A DNA stretch of 64,000 bases from a virus (IMGVR_UViG_3300029825_000001:69558-133557); one strand, 5' to 3'. Shown: positions 21,750 through 33,539, counted from the stretch's first letter. A program made the numbers and translations. Notes: generated from the letters alone by a model not told the origin.

Positions 21750-24150
21750 TCTAAGATATATGATGTATAAACCTAGTTTATCTGCATATAAATTTAAGGC
21801 TTATTAGCGAGTTTTATGGGGCAAATTTCAATTTTTGTAGGACTTTGGTATAAGTTATCCACTTACGATATAAGTCTATCTAAAAAGGCTGTTTTAATTA
21901 ATATTTTATTGATAGGGTATATTGATTATTTTTATGTTAATATTATTAAATGCTAGTGTCTATATATTTAGATGCTAGTTTTTTATTGTAAAAATACGCC
22001 CCTCTATTATATAGATATAAAGGTATATTTCTTTAGTATGGTTTTCATATAGATTCAACATAAAAACAGACCTAAATAACGTTTTAAATGCAAGTTTGGT
22101 ATAAGTTATCAATTGACAAAATAAAATTGCTTAAATCTTTTGTATGATTAATTTAAGTATAGAGTAGTGATATTATATTGTTAGTTTATATTAATTTGAT
22201 TTTGCTGTGGCAAGTATGTATAATGAAATTGATTTAATATTTATCCTTTCATATTTTTATCCTTTTATTATATCCTTAGTCGGTGAGTGTATCGGTTAGG
22301 GATATTTTTATTTAGTTTTTGGGATGTTTTGTAAAATGTTTATATGGGTATAAGGTATAATTTTCAATGGGTTGAATGGATTTTGGTTAGTATTATTTTA
22401 GTGAATTTATAGGTTATTGGTAATTTTTATAAAACGGTATCGGTTATATAGAAGATTTAAGGATTTATTTTTGGTTTGTTGTGGGTTAATTGGTTAGGGT
22501 AAATGTTGATATTTCAACGATTGTTAGTTTGTAATTGGGTAAATACGAATGATTTTGTAGGTGATTTGATGTGATTAGTAATTGATTTTGTGGTTTTGAT
22601 GAAACGGGGTAAGGGTTGTAATCAGTGGGTTTTTACGAAACGGTTACGAAACTGTTTTATAGAAATTTTAGAGTATGCAGTAAAATTAGAAAAATTAAAA
22701 TACGAACTATTTTATAGATGCCAAAAATAATCAGGCGGTATGAGTAGAAGTGATATGGTGATTGTATACAATATAAAAAGTGTATACAATGTAAACTACG
22801 CCCCCACTACTGGAAATATATGCAATACAAATATTGGAATTTCAACGATTGCACATTACTTACAAGAATAATTGTATAGCAAACTTTACTGCATTAAAGT
22901 ATATAAAAGATACAATCATTAAAATTGTATAGTATAATCTGAATTGTATATACATTATAGAATATTATACATAAATAAACTGGTAATATATGACATATTT
23001 GCTTTATATGCTGAGACTCTGCAACCATTGAAAACACGAACATTATTTGGCATAATTCAAATATCGTTTGCATAACATGGAGTGAGCCGGTGAAGTATTC
23101 AACGTTGTAAAAACAACAAACAATATTAAAAACTATATAATGTAATATTCAAAATTAGATTATGTTGTAAAAACAACGAAACATAAACCTATAATCAAAT
23201 ATAAACTACGTTGTAAATACAACATAATTACATACCATTCTACTATGAAATACATAATAAACAATACTATATAATATAATAATGAAAATTAGATTAAGTA
23301 ATAATAAAAACTATATTACTATCCATCAACTGTCAACACTAATTTATTATAATCTAATCCAATACACAAAACTATATTGTAATAAATATAAAACATAATG
23401 TAATATTAATATATCACAATACAATATTTAATACCATATCACATACATTAATATCACATCAAGCAACATACATATATAAATACAAACATACATATATAAA
23501 TACTAATATAAACATTATATCACATGCCATTAATACTATACAATATACTAATCATGTATAAACTAATCACATAATGACTCATAATACCATATATAATACA
23601 TATACATTCAAATGCATAAACATACATACCATAAAATCCCAATCCAAACAAATCCACTCACACCACAAAAACCAAACCCTTCAAACCCACTAATTGCAAC
23701 GCATACGCAACTACCAAAATAAGGAAGCTCTAATTTCCATTCTAAGCGACTTTCCCAAACTTCTCGACCACTAATACTACAAACAACTGCAATTTTATTC
23801 ACATTATACATAATATGTAAGCCTTGAAACCATTGGAATATAAACGATTGACAAATAATGTATGTATAAATATATAATAATTATGTATATTCAATTATAA
23901 TAAATAAAAAATATGGACAAAATACAACCTAAAAATCACATATAAAAAACTTGTATATACTTGCATAATATATTCACATTATATTAATGTATTAAATATA
24001 GTACATAGAATATAATAAATAAAATCTATACCACTATAAAAAATACATATACTAAATTAATTGTAATAAATAAAATAATAGTTGTAAAATAATATGAAAG
24101 TGATATACTATTAAGTATAAATTAATACATATTAAATAGCATATCACATA
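21750..24150. other. Large non-coding region at the switch of gene orientation
   Basis: No credible ORF; G/T-rich on plus 22140-22720, A/C-rich 22800-24100; repeats and promoters. Confidence 0.8.
22231..22315 (+). ncRNA. Candidate ~85-nt sRNA with anti-SD motifs
   Basis: TTGATT-17-TATAAT (22196-22224), TATCCTT repeats, hairpin 22271-22306 followed by T-run. Confidence 0.4.
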
Positions 24151-24578
24151 TGGAGGTTAAACCATGAAAGCTTATATAATAGAAAAAACGGAGCAAGAAG
24201 CTGTCACACTAGCTAAAAAGTTACTACAGGAAAATAAAATAAAATCATATACCGAACCAAGACAGATAGTATCACATATTAGCAGAAAAACAAGACAACC
24301 AATATATAAATATCAGATTGAATGCGAAGAATAGGAGAATAGGAGAATATACCATGAACTTTAATGAAACTACAATGAATGAAATTGCAACCAAATACTA
24401 CAACCAAACTACGCAATTAATACAAATATACCATACTAGCATAAAACACGCTAAAACAGGCAATTTTAAGCTTATAAACGTATCACAAGACATATAATAT
24501 AAAACATGCTGAATTAAATAATATATCAATAGGATAAACCAGTACTAAAAATTTAATTTAAATAAATAAAAAAATATA

Positions 24579-24607
24579 TTGACAATATAATAATATAGGA
24601 GTATACT
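24579..24607 (+). promoter_or_regulatory. sigma-A early promoter
   Basis: TTGACA-17-TATACT with upstream TAAATAAAAAA. Confidence 0.85.
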
Positions 24608-24814
24608 ATTAGTATCAATTAATAATAAATGATAGTTAAATGATACCTTAACTATGTTGCATCCAGTAAAGCTGTAGTGCATTGAATAAAAAGCTTATTC
24701 AGAAATAGCATACCTTAAGCATTGTGTACTTAAGGAGTGGAGAAAAAGAAAAGGAATACTTGCTAATAACTATCATGTATTATAAAATTATTACATATTT
24801 AAAGAGGTGTAATT

Positions 24815-25543
24815 ATGTTAAAAAGTGATGAAATAAAAGAGAAGATAGCAAAGAAAAAAGAGCAGATTACTAAAAGGGAACAACTAAAAGCAAAGTATAT
24901 TGCTAAAACTGAACCTACTGATTTTTGGTATAATGACGAAATAAGAAACCATGATAATAAATTAAGTGATTTAAACTGGCAATTAAACAAGTTAAATGAA
25001 CAATTAGAAACGCAATTAAACAAGGAAAATGTACCTAAAATTCCAGCTATTGAAGAACTTTTGAACCAATGGGAAAAATCTTATCGAGAATATATTATAA
25101 AATGTAAAGAAATTCTAAAAGAAAAACACAAGGCTTATGAATTAGCAAAACAAGAATTTTATAAACAACACCCAAATTATAATTACGGTTCTGCTCATTG
25201 TTTTGACAAAGAAAATTATAAATTATATCAGAATTCCGTTGAAAAATTATATTTTGAATACAAGAAGTATTATGCAACACACATAGAAATTGACTGGGAT
25301 TCTGAAAAGCTTGAAAGAGAGATAATATTGGAAAAGCAAAATAAACGTGTTGACTTAATTAATAGAGTGACAAAAGTTGTAGGAGAAATTAAAGATGTTG
25401 ACCATTTACACTTTGGAGATAATTCGGGAATAAATGGTAAAATCATTGGTTCTAAATGTTCTGCTAATGTAGAAACAATATATGCAGGCGGTTATAATAT
25501 CCAATGCTTACACTTTAGAGTATTAATCAAACCAATTAAATAA
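24815..25543 (+). CDS. Conserved phage early protein
   Basis: 242 aa coiled coil plus C-terminal AGGYNIQCLHFRVL motif typical of phage early genes. Confidence 0.6.
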   Translation: MLKSDEIKEKIAKKKEQITKREQLKAKYIAKTEPTDFWYNDEIRNHDNKLSDLNWQLNKLNEQLETQLNKENVPKIPAIEELLNQWEKSYREYIIKCKEILKEKHKAYELAKQEFYKQHPNYNYGSAHCFDKENYKLYQNSVEKLYFEYKKYYATHIEIDWDSEKLEREIILEKQNKRVDLINRVTKVVGEIKDVDHLHFGDNSGINGKIIGSKCSANVETIYAGGYNIQCLHFRVLIKPIK

Positions 25544-25572
25544 ATATATTTTGAAACCATAGGAGGTATAAA

Positions 25573-25749
25573 ATGAAAACTAAACAGGAACTATTGAGCA
25601 AATTATTTGCAACTTTAGCAGAATTACAGAGTAAAACAGCCACAGGAGAACTAGAAAAGCGATTAAGAATTGAACTTGAATTATTATATGACATTTTAGG
25701 GGAAGAAGTTCCAGAGGAATATTGGGAACAAATTGAAAAAGAAATTTAA
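25573..25749 (+). CDS. Small hypothetical protein (58 aa, not in ORF track)
   Basis: AGGAGGT RBS; MKTKQELLSKLF...EQIEKEI*. Confidence 0.65.
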   Translation: MKTKQELLSKLFATLAELQSKTATGELEKRLRIELELLYDILGEEVPEEYWEQIEKEI

Positions 25750-25750
25750 A

Positions 25751-25805
25751 ATCCCTCTGACGAGTCTTTGAAAATTAAGACGAAACGGCTTAAGCCGTCA
25801 GGGAT
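25751..25805 (+). ncRNA. Type I hammerhead ribozyme
   Basis: Stem I ATCCCT/AGGGAT, core CTGACGA, stem II GTCTT/AAGAC, GAAA, stem III CGGC-TTAA-GCCG, GUC triplet with cleavage after C25799. Confidence 0.9.
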
Positions 25806-25858
25806 ATAAAGCATAGTTTAAAACAATAATTTTAAAGTATAACAGGAGGTTTTAAAAA

Positions 25859-28800
25859 ATGGATAATTACAGGAAAGCAATGGAAGAAAAACGAAACACA
25901 AGAGAAGCAAAAGCAGGAGATATTATAATAGCAAAAGGAATAACAGTAACAATAAAAGAGATTATGTATCAAGATTTTTATCCCTCAGATAGAAATGACG
26001 GATCGTGTGACTGGGATATAGAATTTAAAGATACAAACGGAAATTACAGACATTGGAAACAATATTTTGATGTTGGTAAAATTGAATTGAAATAATTTTA
26101 AATGCCGATAACAGGCAGGAAAGAAGGAATAAAAATATGTTTATGAGTTATGCGGATTATTTGGAGAAAACAAAAAAAGAGGATAACAGAAATTCATGGA
26201 TTGATTGGAAAACAGAAATTTGTGGAATGTCTTATACTGAAGCATATAAGGCAAGTTATGATCCAGACTGGGGATATGAAGAATAAACCATATAAATGTA
26301 ACATTTTATTACTATTTTAAGGAGGAAAGAAAATGATATTTATAGGAGACAGGATTAAATACAACCTAAAAACAGATAAGGTTATTGAAAGTATCAATCG
26401 CCCATCATTTATGACGGACAGAATAAGAGAAGAACTTAGAGTTAATAAAGACGGATACTATTATCTCCATACAGACAATGATAGAGAAAACGAGTTGATT
26501 TATACATCTGCTTTTGATATTAATGGATGGATGGAAATAAATAATGTATCAGTTAATTAAAAAAGAGGGCTGAATACCCTCTCTTTCGTAAAAATATGTT
26601 ATAGTCATTTTTTCAATCCACACAACGTTAAGTTGTGATAAAATAATTGTTGACGTTTTAAACAATGAAATTTTAAGTGTAGAAGACGTTAGTACAATTA
26701 GAAACGGCACAGCAAAAGTATTACAGTACATGAAGAGTAATGAGGTTGTACAAATATGATAAAAGATATGTACCATTATTATAATTTAAAAAGAGAGTGC
26801 AAAAAACTCTATTCCGAGATTATTTCACTAGATACCCAAAATATCAATAACAAGACTTTACAATGGGAACTCTATAACACAGAATCTAAAAAGGTTATTG
26901 ATAGAGTTACTGGAGAGTATAACAGCGTCAATATTTATGATGAGATATTTTGCATAGGTGATACAATTAAAATTCATTATATGGATATTAAGACGGCTAT
27001 AATTCAGAATATAAAAGTTGAATTAAATACTTGCACTTGGCATCCTGAGTATATCATAACAGCGAAAGACTTATTTTCCAATGATGTATATAGAATTACA
27101 TATAATACTTGTATTCACTTAACAGAACATTAACAGCACTTAAAACCTATATTTTATATATGAAAGGGAAATAAAATGGAAAGATGTATCTGTCCTAGAT
27201 GTAATGGAAGAGGTATAATTGAAAAATATAAACATGTCGAAAATGGTGTATGTTTTGAATGTTCTGGAAGTGGAACTGTAACACAAGAAGAATATACACG
27301 AATTCAAAAAGATATAGCAAAAGAGATTAAAAAACAGCAAAAGAAAAATCAAACAAAACAACAAAATTTGATTGATAGCCTAAAAAAAGAGTGGTTCAAT
27401 AATTCTGATATTATTTATGTATTAAATGAAAAAGATACATTCAGTATTAAAGATAAGTTAAAAAACGATGGAGCATTATGGAATAAAACATATCATGTAT
27501 GGTATTTTACAGAGTCTAAAAACAATTACAATTTGTTTTCTATATCATGGAATGAAGTTTTAAATGATAATAACAGAGGTTACGCAATAAATTTAACGAA
27601 CATAATAAAAGAACGTTCAAACGGAAATTTAAGGGGGTTTTAATATGAATAAAATAACGTTAAAAGACGTTGAAAATTTACAAAAGCATGACAGAATTAG
27701 TGTAACATATCTAAATAAAGATAATGAACCTATTACAAAGAACACTAGATTTTATGGAACGGAAAACAATTTTATAATTGTATATGCACCACGAAAACAA
27801 AAGAAAGGTTGGGAAATTCCCATAGGTACTGAATGTATCATTAAAAAAATATCTTAATATCATAGGAGGAAAACACCATGAACTTTAATGAACTAACACC
27901 ACAGGCACAAAATAAAGCCATACAGAACTATATAACAGAGTTCGCACCATATGAGGATATAGAGAACCCAAACGACATAACGGCAATTATTGAAGCTATA
28001 ACAATCAATAAAATATCGTTTGACGTTGACGGAAATATTATTAATTAGTCAATAACTTAACATAACAAAATAAAAAAGAATAGGAGAATATAACACCATG
28101 CAACCAGTTTTTATAACAGCACTATACATTTTAAGCATAACAGCCGTAATATTAACAACGGCAATCATAACAGCTAACTACATACAAAAGCAAATTTTAC
28201 ATAACAATTAAGAATGATAAATATAAAATTTATCGTTAAATTACATAAAACTGCTTGACATTACATATAATATACTATATAGTTAGTAGTATAAAAGATA
28301 GTTAATACATATTAAAAGGAAGGTGTAAAAATGAAAAAATTAACTTTCAAAAAGGTTGATACAATTACAGAAAACACAAGAAAAGCAACTATAAAAAATA
28401 ATGTAGTTGGATATAGAAAAGTTATAAAAAGTGATAACATTGTTATTTTTTATAGAGGCAACATAGGTATTGTTATTACAATATTACCTGATGATTTTAC
28501 TTTTGAAAAATTTAATTATTCACAAGAAGAATATTTAGAGTTTACTTATGATGATGTAAGAAAGTTTTTTGATTTTGAAAGTATTTAATGTACAATAGAA
28601 TAGAACAAATATTTTATTTGGTATTTATTACCATTTTGGAGGTGTAAAGCAAATGGAAAAAGAAAGTAAAATTATCACACATATTTCATATCGAAATGGA
28701 GATATTGTAACATTACCAATAAATGATATTAGCAAAGAAGATTTTGAAAAAGAAATAAAAATAGCAAAATCAAAGGGGCATATTGGATATTTTGAAACAG

Positions 28801-29225
28801 AACACACTGAAGACCAGAAATTTTTTATAAAAAAACTAGTTTATAAATCTATAGTATTTTGTAATATGTATAATGAAAATATGAAAAATGATATATTCAA
28901 ATTACGATGGGTAGGGCAAACTGAACCAGTATGGCATAATATATAGTGAGGTATAAAGCATGTATAAAGAATATCTATTAAATGTATGTGAAAATGGCAA
29001 AAATGAAGATGAACAACTTTATTTTTCAACTGAAGAAGGATTGAAAGCATGGGTAAAAGAAAATAAAAATAATTATAGGTTTGGTAAGGCTTATAAATTA
29101 AATGAAATCAATATAGATGATTGTTTTAATAGTGAGGTGTAATATGTCAGCACGAACCAAAAGCAAGCTGAAAAGCTATATTATAGACCTTGCAACGTTT
29201 AGTATATTATGTTGTATAGTTTCAT
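25859..29225 (+). CDS. Cluster of small hypothetical early genes (e.g. 25859-26095, 26333-26560, 26756-27133, 27176-27643 with Zn ribbon CPRC/CFEC, 27645-27857, 28331-28588, 28653-28946, 28960-29142)
   Basis: Co-oriented ORFs with GGAGG/GAGGT RBS; promoter TTGACA-17-TATAGT at 28255-28283. Confidence 0.65.
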
Positions 29226-29297
29226 ATTTTAGTATTACAATTTAAGAACAATAAATATAAATAAATAGTAAACATTTTTTTAACTTTCTATATATAA

Positions 29298-29328
29298 AAG
29301 CTACTGGTTTATATGCTAGTAGTTTTTT
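29298..29328 (+). terminator. Intrinsic terminator
   Basis: AAGCTACT...AGTAGTTT hairpin plus T-run. Confidence 0.6.
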
Positions 29329-29702
29329 GTTGTCTTAATTTATGTATCAGCCGAACAACTTAAAAAATCCCAATACCGAATAAAATCGACCTTTTATTTT
29401 ACGTTTTAAGCGTGTTTTTAGTATATAGTAATATTAGTTTATGGTCAGTATATAAAAATGGCTTATATGCGAATTTTGTGACTTATAGTGTGTTTATATG
29501 ATTTTAACATTGGTTTATAATATATTTATTAGTAATTTTAAAAGATATGTATATTATTGCAGTAAGGGCATATAATAATATTATCAATAATAAATAAAAA
29601 AGTTTTTAATAAATTACTTAAATTATATTGACAATATAATAAAGGTATAGTAATATATAGGTAAGTTAAATAATAAATAAAAAAATATTACATATAGAAT
29701 TT

Positions 29703-30428
29703 ATGGAGGGTTTAAAAATGGATAATAAAAATATGACTATTAAGGATATCGAAGCATTAACACAAAGTCAATTAAAGGATTTACAAGAAAAAGGAGAAGT
29801 TGAACTACTAAATATAAAAGAACATGATTGTTATTTTATAGATTTAGAAGGATCGTTCGGTTATTCTGTATTAGTTTTTAAAAATAATCATCATATCTAT
29901 TATGCAAATGATTATCAATTACATCATAGAAGCAAAACAATTGAAGATTTAAAAACATGGTATATAACAACATTGAACAACAAACTATTTACAGAATCAG
30001 AACTAATGAGCAATATAGAAGACTATAATGAATACGACAAAAAAAGTTATTATGTAAGAAATTACTGGATAATGCAATTTGATAGGTTATCAGCTTTTTG
30101 TATTGGAGAACCTAAAGAAGAATTTAAAAAAGCAAAAGAAAATATGTTATATTGTCCAGCTTGTTTCTGCTATGTATCAGATAAAAATATTATAGAAAAA
30201 TCAAATAATTTTATACAACATATTGAAAAAGCTTTTTCAGAAGTAAAAGAAAATACAGAAGTATTTAGAAAAATGATATCTTATGAATTAGCAAATCATG
30301 AAGCATGTATCACTTGTGATTATACAGACGCATTAAATGCTTTAGGGTTAAAATTTAATAAACTAACTGACGAACAAAAAAAGATTGTAAAAGAAGAACT
30401 AAGCAAACAAATTGCAAATTATTGTTAA
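29703..30428 (+). CDS. Conserved hypothetical phage protein
   Basis: 241 aa; promoter TTGACA-17-TAATAT at 29628-29656. Confidence 0.65.
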   Translation: MEGLKMDNKNMTIKDIEALTQSQLKDLQEKGEVELLNIKEHDCYFIDLEGSFGYSVLVFKNNHHIYYANDYQLHHRSKTIEDLKTWYITTLNNKLFTESELMSNIEDYNEYDKKSYYVRNYWIMQFDRLSAFCIGEPKEEFKKAKENMLYCPACFCYVSDKNIIEKSNNFIQHIEKAFSEVKENTEVFRKMISYELANHEACITCDYTDALNALGLKFNKLTDEQKKIVKEELSKQIANYC

Positions 30429-30733
30429 ATTAGGAGGTAATAAAAATGTGTAAATTAGATATGTGGTACAATGACAGTCACAAAGAAGCAGACAAAATTG
30501 ACATTACATTTTATCCAAACGAAAGTAAATACAGAGGCAATATATATAAAGGGGGAAAATGTATTGGTGATTATGTGTCAGACAGTTCGCAAGCAATAGA
30601 ACAAAATTTCAACCATTTAACATTTAATTGGGAATAACAACCGTAACAGTTTACTGGAGCATCTGTTCAAAAACTCCATACCATAAATAAAAAAGTTATA
30701 ACAAAACATTTACATAATTATAGGAGGTTTACA

Positions 30734-33466
30734 ATGTATTACGGTGATGAAAGAGAATCAATGGTAAATATATCAATTAAATTAAAGGCTTTAGGTTGGG
30801 AAATTTTCGGTTTTAGAGAAGACCAAAGTGACAGTATGACAGATTATTACTGCCCTGCTAGATGGGAAGGAATAGCAACCAAAAACGGTTATACTTTATG
30901 TATTGATATAAAAGATTATCATGTAAAATCATATAGTGGTTATGAAGTTTTTTCATATAACAAAACAAATATTTTTAATGCTAATGTATCTGATAAAATT
31001 ACAAAACTTGAAGCTATAACAGTTGATAGAGGAGCAACAGAAGCAGAAGAAGCAAACGCAAAAAGAATGATTGAAAATATCAGAGAATCAGCAGAACAGA
31101 AAGCAAAAGAAGCTACAGAACAAAGAGAAAAAAGCAAAGTATTATTATATAAATATCCTGAATTTATGGAAAATCCAAGAGGTTGTAATTGGCATGTTGA
31201 AAAAGATGGTAAAATATACGGAAAAGGAAAAGGTGCTTTTCAATTCCATGATTTACCATATGCTTATGATATAACAGAAAATAAAATGCGTGACACATGG
31301 GATAATAAAAACGTTCAACCAACGGAAGAAGAGCAGAAAGAAATATATAAGTTCTTAACTTTTGTACACAAAATAGATAATATTGCAATAGGCACAGCAA
31401 ACATGGGAGATGGAACAGAAGAAACAGAAACAGAAGGAATTGAAGCAGAAAAAAGAAGAGGTTATGAACTTAAAAAGGTAATAGAAACTAAAACATGTAA
31501 AAAAATGATTGAAGTAATAGGAAGAACAGAAATATTAGAAGGTGACTTCTTAACATTACCAAATCATAGCCATTTTTGGTTAGTGACTAAAGTATATAAT
31601 CGTCAAGGCACTTGGAAAATCAATGGCGAAAGCATAACAGAAGAACGTAAAGCAATAAATTATGAACGTGTAGGAAGTGAAAAACGTGGTTATCAACGTA
31701 TTAAAAATACTGAACACTACTATCAATGGGATGCAAAAATTCAAAGTCAATTAATAGAAGGTACTGCAAAAATTTACGAACTCAAAGAAGTAACAGAACA
31801 AATTGAGGTCGAAAAGTGGGTAAAAATTGATAACAGCAAGCCACAAACAAACTCAGAAAATAAGAAAGAAAAGCAAAATAATACAACAGAATCAGAACAA
31901 GTTGAAACATTAAATCATGAATACACTATAACAGAAGATATCGACACAAGAGACAATACACCTTTGTGGGTTATGAAAATTGCCGATAAAATGGATAGGG
32001 ATGAATATATTAGAGTTTCTAATCTATTAAAAACAATTAAAGGCTATTATTCAAGATTTAAAAAAGGCTTTATTTTCAAGTATAATCCTTCTGAAAATTT
32101 AGAAGGGTTAACAAATGGGACTATAACAAATACAACTCAAACAACAGATAAAACAGTTAATATAATTGAAAAAAATCACTTAATGGCTGAAACATTAACA
32201 GATATTTCAACAGATATTATTACTGATTTAAAGCTTGATAAAATGGAATATATCACAAATGAACAGTATAAAAACAAACTTGCTGAATATTTAACAGAAA
32301 ATAAAATCAGTATAACAGATGGATTACTCTCTGCAATAGGTTATGATGGTTTAAAATCTGTGTTAATGACTATTAGAATAGAACAGAAACAACAGAAACA
32401 AAGAGAACAACAAGCAAAAGAAAATACTGTATTAGTAGAAAAGATAAATAAAAATATTGATAGCCTACAAAAGAAAATTGATGCTTTAAGTGGGGAATAT
32501 AAAACTAATACGTGGAAGAGAATGAATGAACAGGCAAGCCGAGACAGTAAAAAAGAATCTTATGAAATTGATATTAAAATACTGGAATATGTGAAAGACA
32601 AAATTTTAAATAATGAAGCTATAACAGAACTTGAAAAAGGGTTAATAGTTGGAGCATTTAGGAATACTATGTATAGTTATTATGTGGGTAAGTTTGGAAC
32701 ATGTGCAAGAGAATTAAAATTCCCTACAGTAGACTATAATTTACCTCTTGACGGATGGTACAATAAAGAAGTGCCACAAAGACAAAATAAATTAACAAAA
32801 TATGGTATAACAAATACTGAACGACTTAACAAAGCCGTTGACGAATATAAAAATATTTATGATGTAAAAATTGATAGAAGTTATAAAAATCCATTACAAA
32901 AGAAAATTAAACAGTTAGAAAGAGAATTTAAACTATTGCAAAAAGGTGATGTGAATTTCACACCTTCAGAAGTTGCTGAACAATTAGTGCAATATGCAAA
33001 GATAGACCATAACAGTCGAGTATTAGAGCCTTCTTGTGGTATTGGTAATATTGCAGATAAAATTAAGACTATAACAGAACATGTTGATGTTTGCGAAGCA
33101 TCCTATCAGTTTGTTGAATTGCTAGAATTAAAGGGTTATAATGTTGTAGGTAATGACTTTTTACAGTATAATAAAATAGGATATTATGATTCAATTATTA
33201 TGAATCCACCATTTAGCAAAAATCAAGATATAACACACTTACAACATGCTTACAAGTTACTTAAAAACAATGGTACACTTGTTTGTATAACATCACCGCA
33301 TTGGCAATTTGCAAACGATAAAGCAAGTCAAGATTTTAGAAATTGGATAGAAGATAAAACACATTTCGTAAAAGAACTGGAAAGCGGAACTTTTGAAATG
33401 ACAGGAATTAACAGCAGAATTGTTGTAATCGAAAAGAAAGAAGAAAAAATGGATGAAGCTATTTAA
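30734..33466 (+). CDS. Large polyvalent protein with C-terminal N6-adenine DNA methyltransferase
   Basis: FTP, VLEPSCGIG (SAM binding), IIMNPPF (motif IV); N-terminal DUF2786-like KITKLEA..DRGATEAEEANA and other accessory domains. Confidence 0.8.
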   Translation: MYYGDERESMVNISIKLKALGWEIFGFREDQSDSMTDYYCPARWEGIATKNGYTLCIDIKDYHVKSYSGYEVFSYNKTNIFNANVSDKITKLEAITVDRGATEAEEANAKRMIENIRESAEQKAKEATEQREKSKVLLYKYPEFMENPRGCNWHVEKDGKIYGKGKGAFQFHDLPYAYDITENKMRDTWDNKNVQPTEEEQKEIYKFLTFVHKIDNIAIGTANMGDGTEETETEGIEAEKRRGYELKKVIETKTCKKMIEVIGRTEILEGDFLTLPNHSHFWLVTKVYNRQGTWKINGESITEERKAINYERVGSEKRGYQRIKNTEHYYQWDAKIQSQLIEGTAKIYELKEVTEQIEVEKWVKIDNSKPQTNSENKKEKQNNTTESEQVETLNHEYTITEDIDTRDNTPLWVMKIADKMDRDEYIRVSNLLKTIKGYYSRFKKGFIFKYNPSENLEGLTNGTITNTTQTTDKTVNIIEKNHLMAETLTDISTDIITDLKLDKMEYITNEQYKNKLAEYLTENKISITDGLLSAIGYDGLKSVLMTIRIEQKQQKQREQQAKENTVLVEKINKNIDSLQKKIDALSGEYKTNTWKRMNEQASRDSKKESYEIDIKILEYVKDKILNNEAITELEKGLIVGAFRNTMYSYYVGKFGTCARELKFPTVDYNLPLDGWYNKEVPQRQNKLTKYGITNTERLNKAVDEYKNIYDVKIDRSYKNPLQKKIKQLEREFKLLQKGDVNFTPSEVAEQLVQYAKIDHNSRVLEPSCGIGNIADKIKTITEHVDVCEASYQFVELLELKGYNVVGNDFLQYNKIGYYDSIIMNPPFSKNQDITHLQHAYKLLKNNGTLVCITSPHWQFANDKASQDFRNWIEDKTHFVKELESGTFEMTGINSRIVVIEKKEEKMDEAI

Positions 33467-33539
33467 TAATCTATACTATATTGTCAATCAGATTAACTGA
33501 ACTAAATAAAAAATATTTCGTAAAGTATGAATAATTATA

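Noticed and set aside
23608-23811. 67-aa minus-strand ORF
   Set aside because: Low-complexity product of the A/C-rich tract, with no RBS.
24650-24740. Assignment as twister, twister-sister or pistol ribozyme
   Set aside because: Required conserved cores and pseudoknot complements not found by eye; kept only as an unclassified structure.
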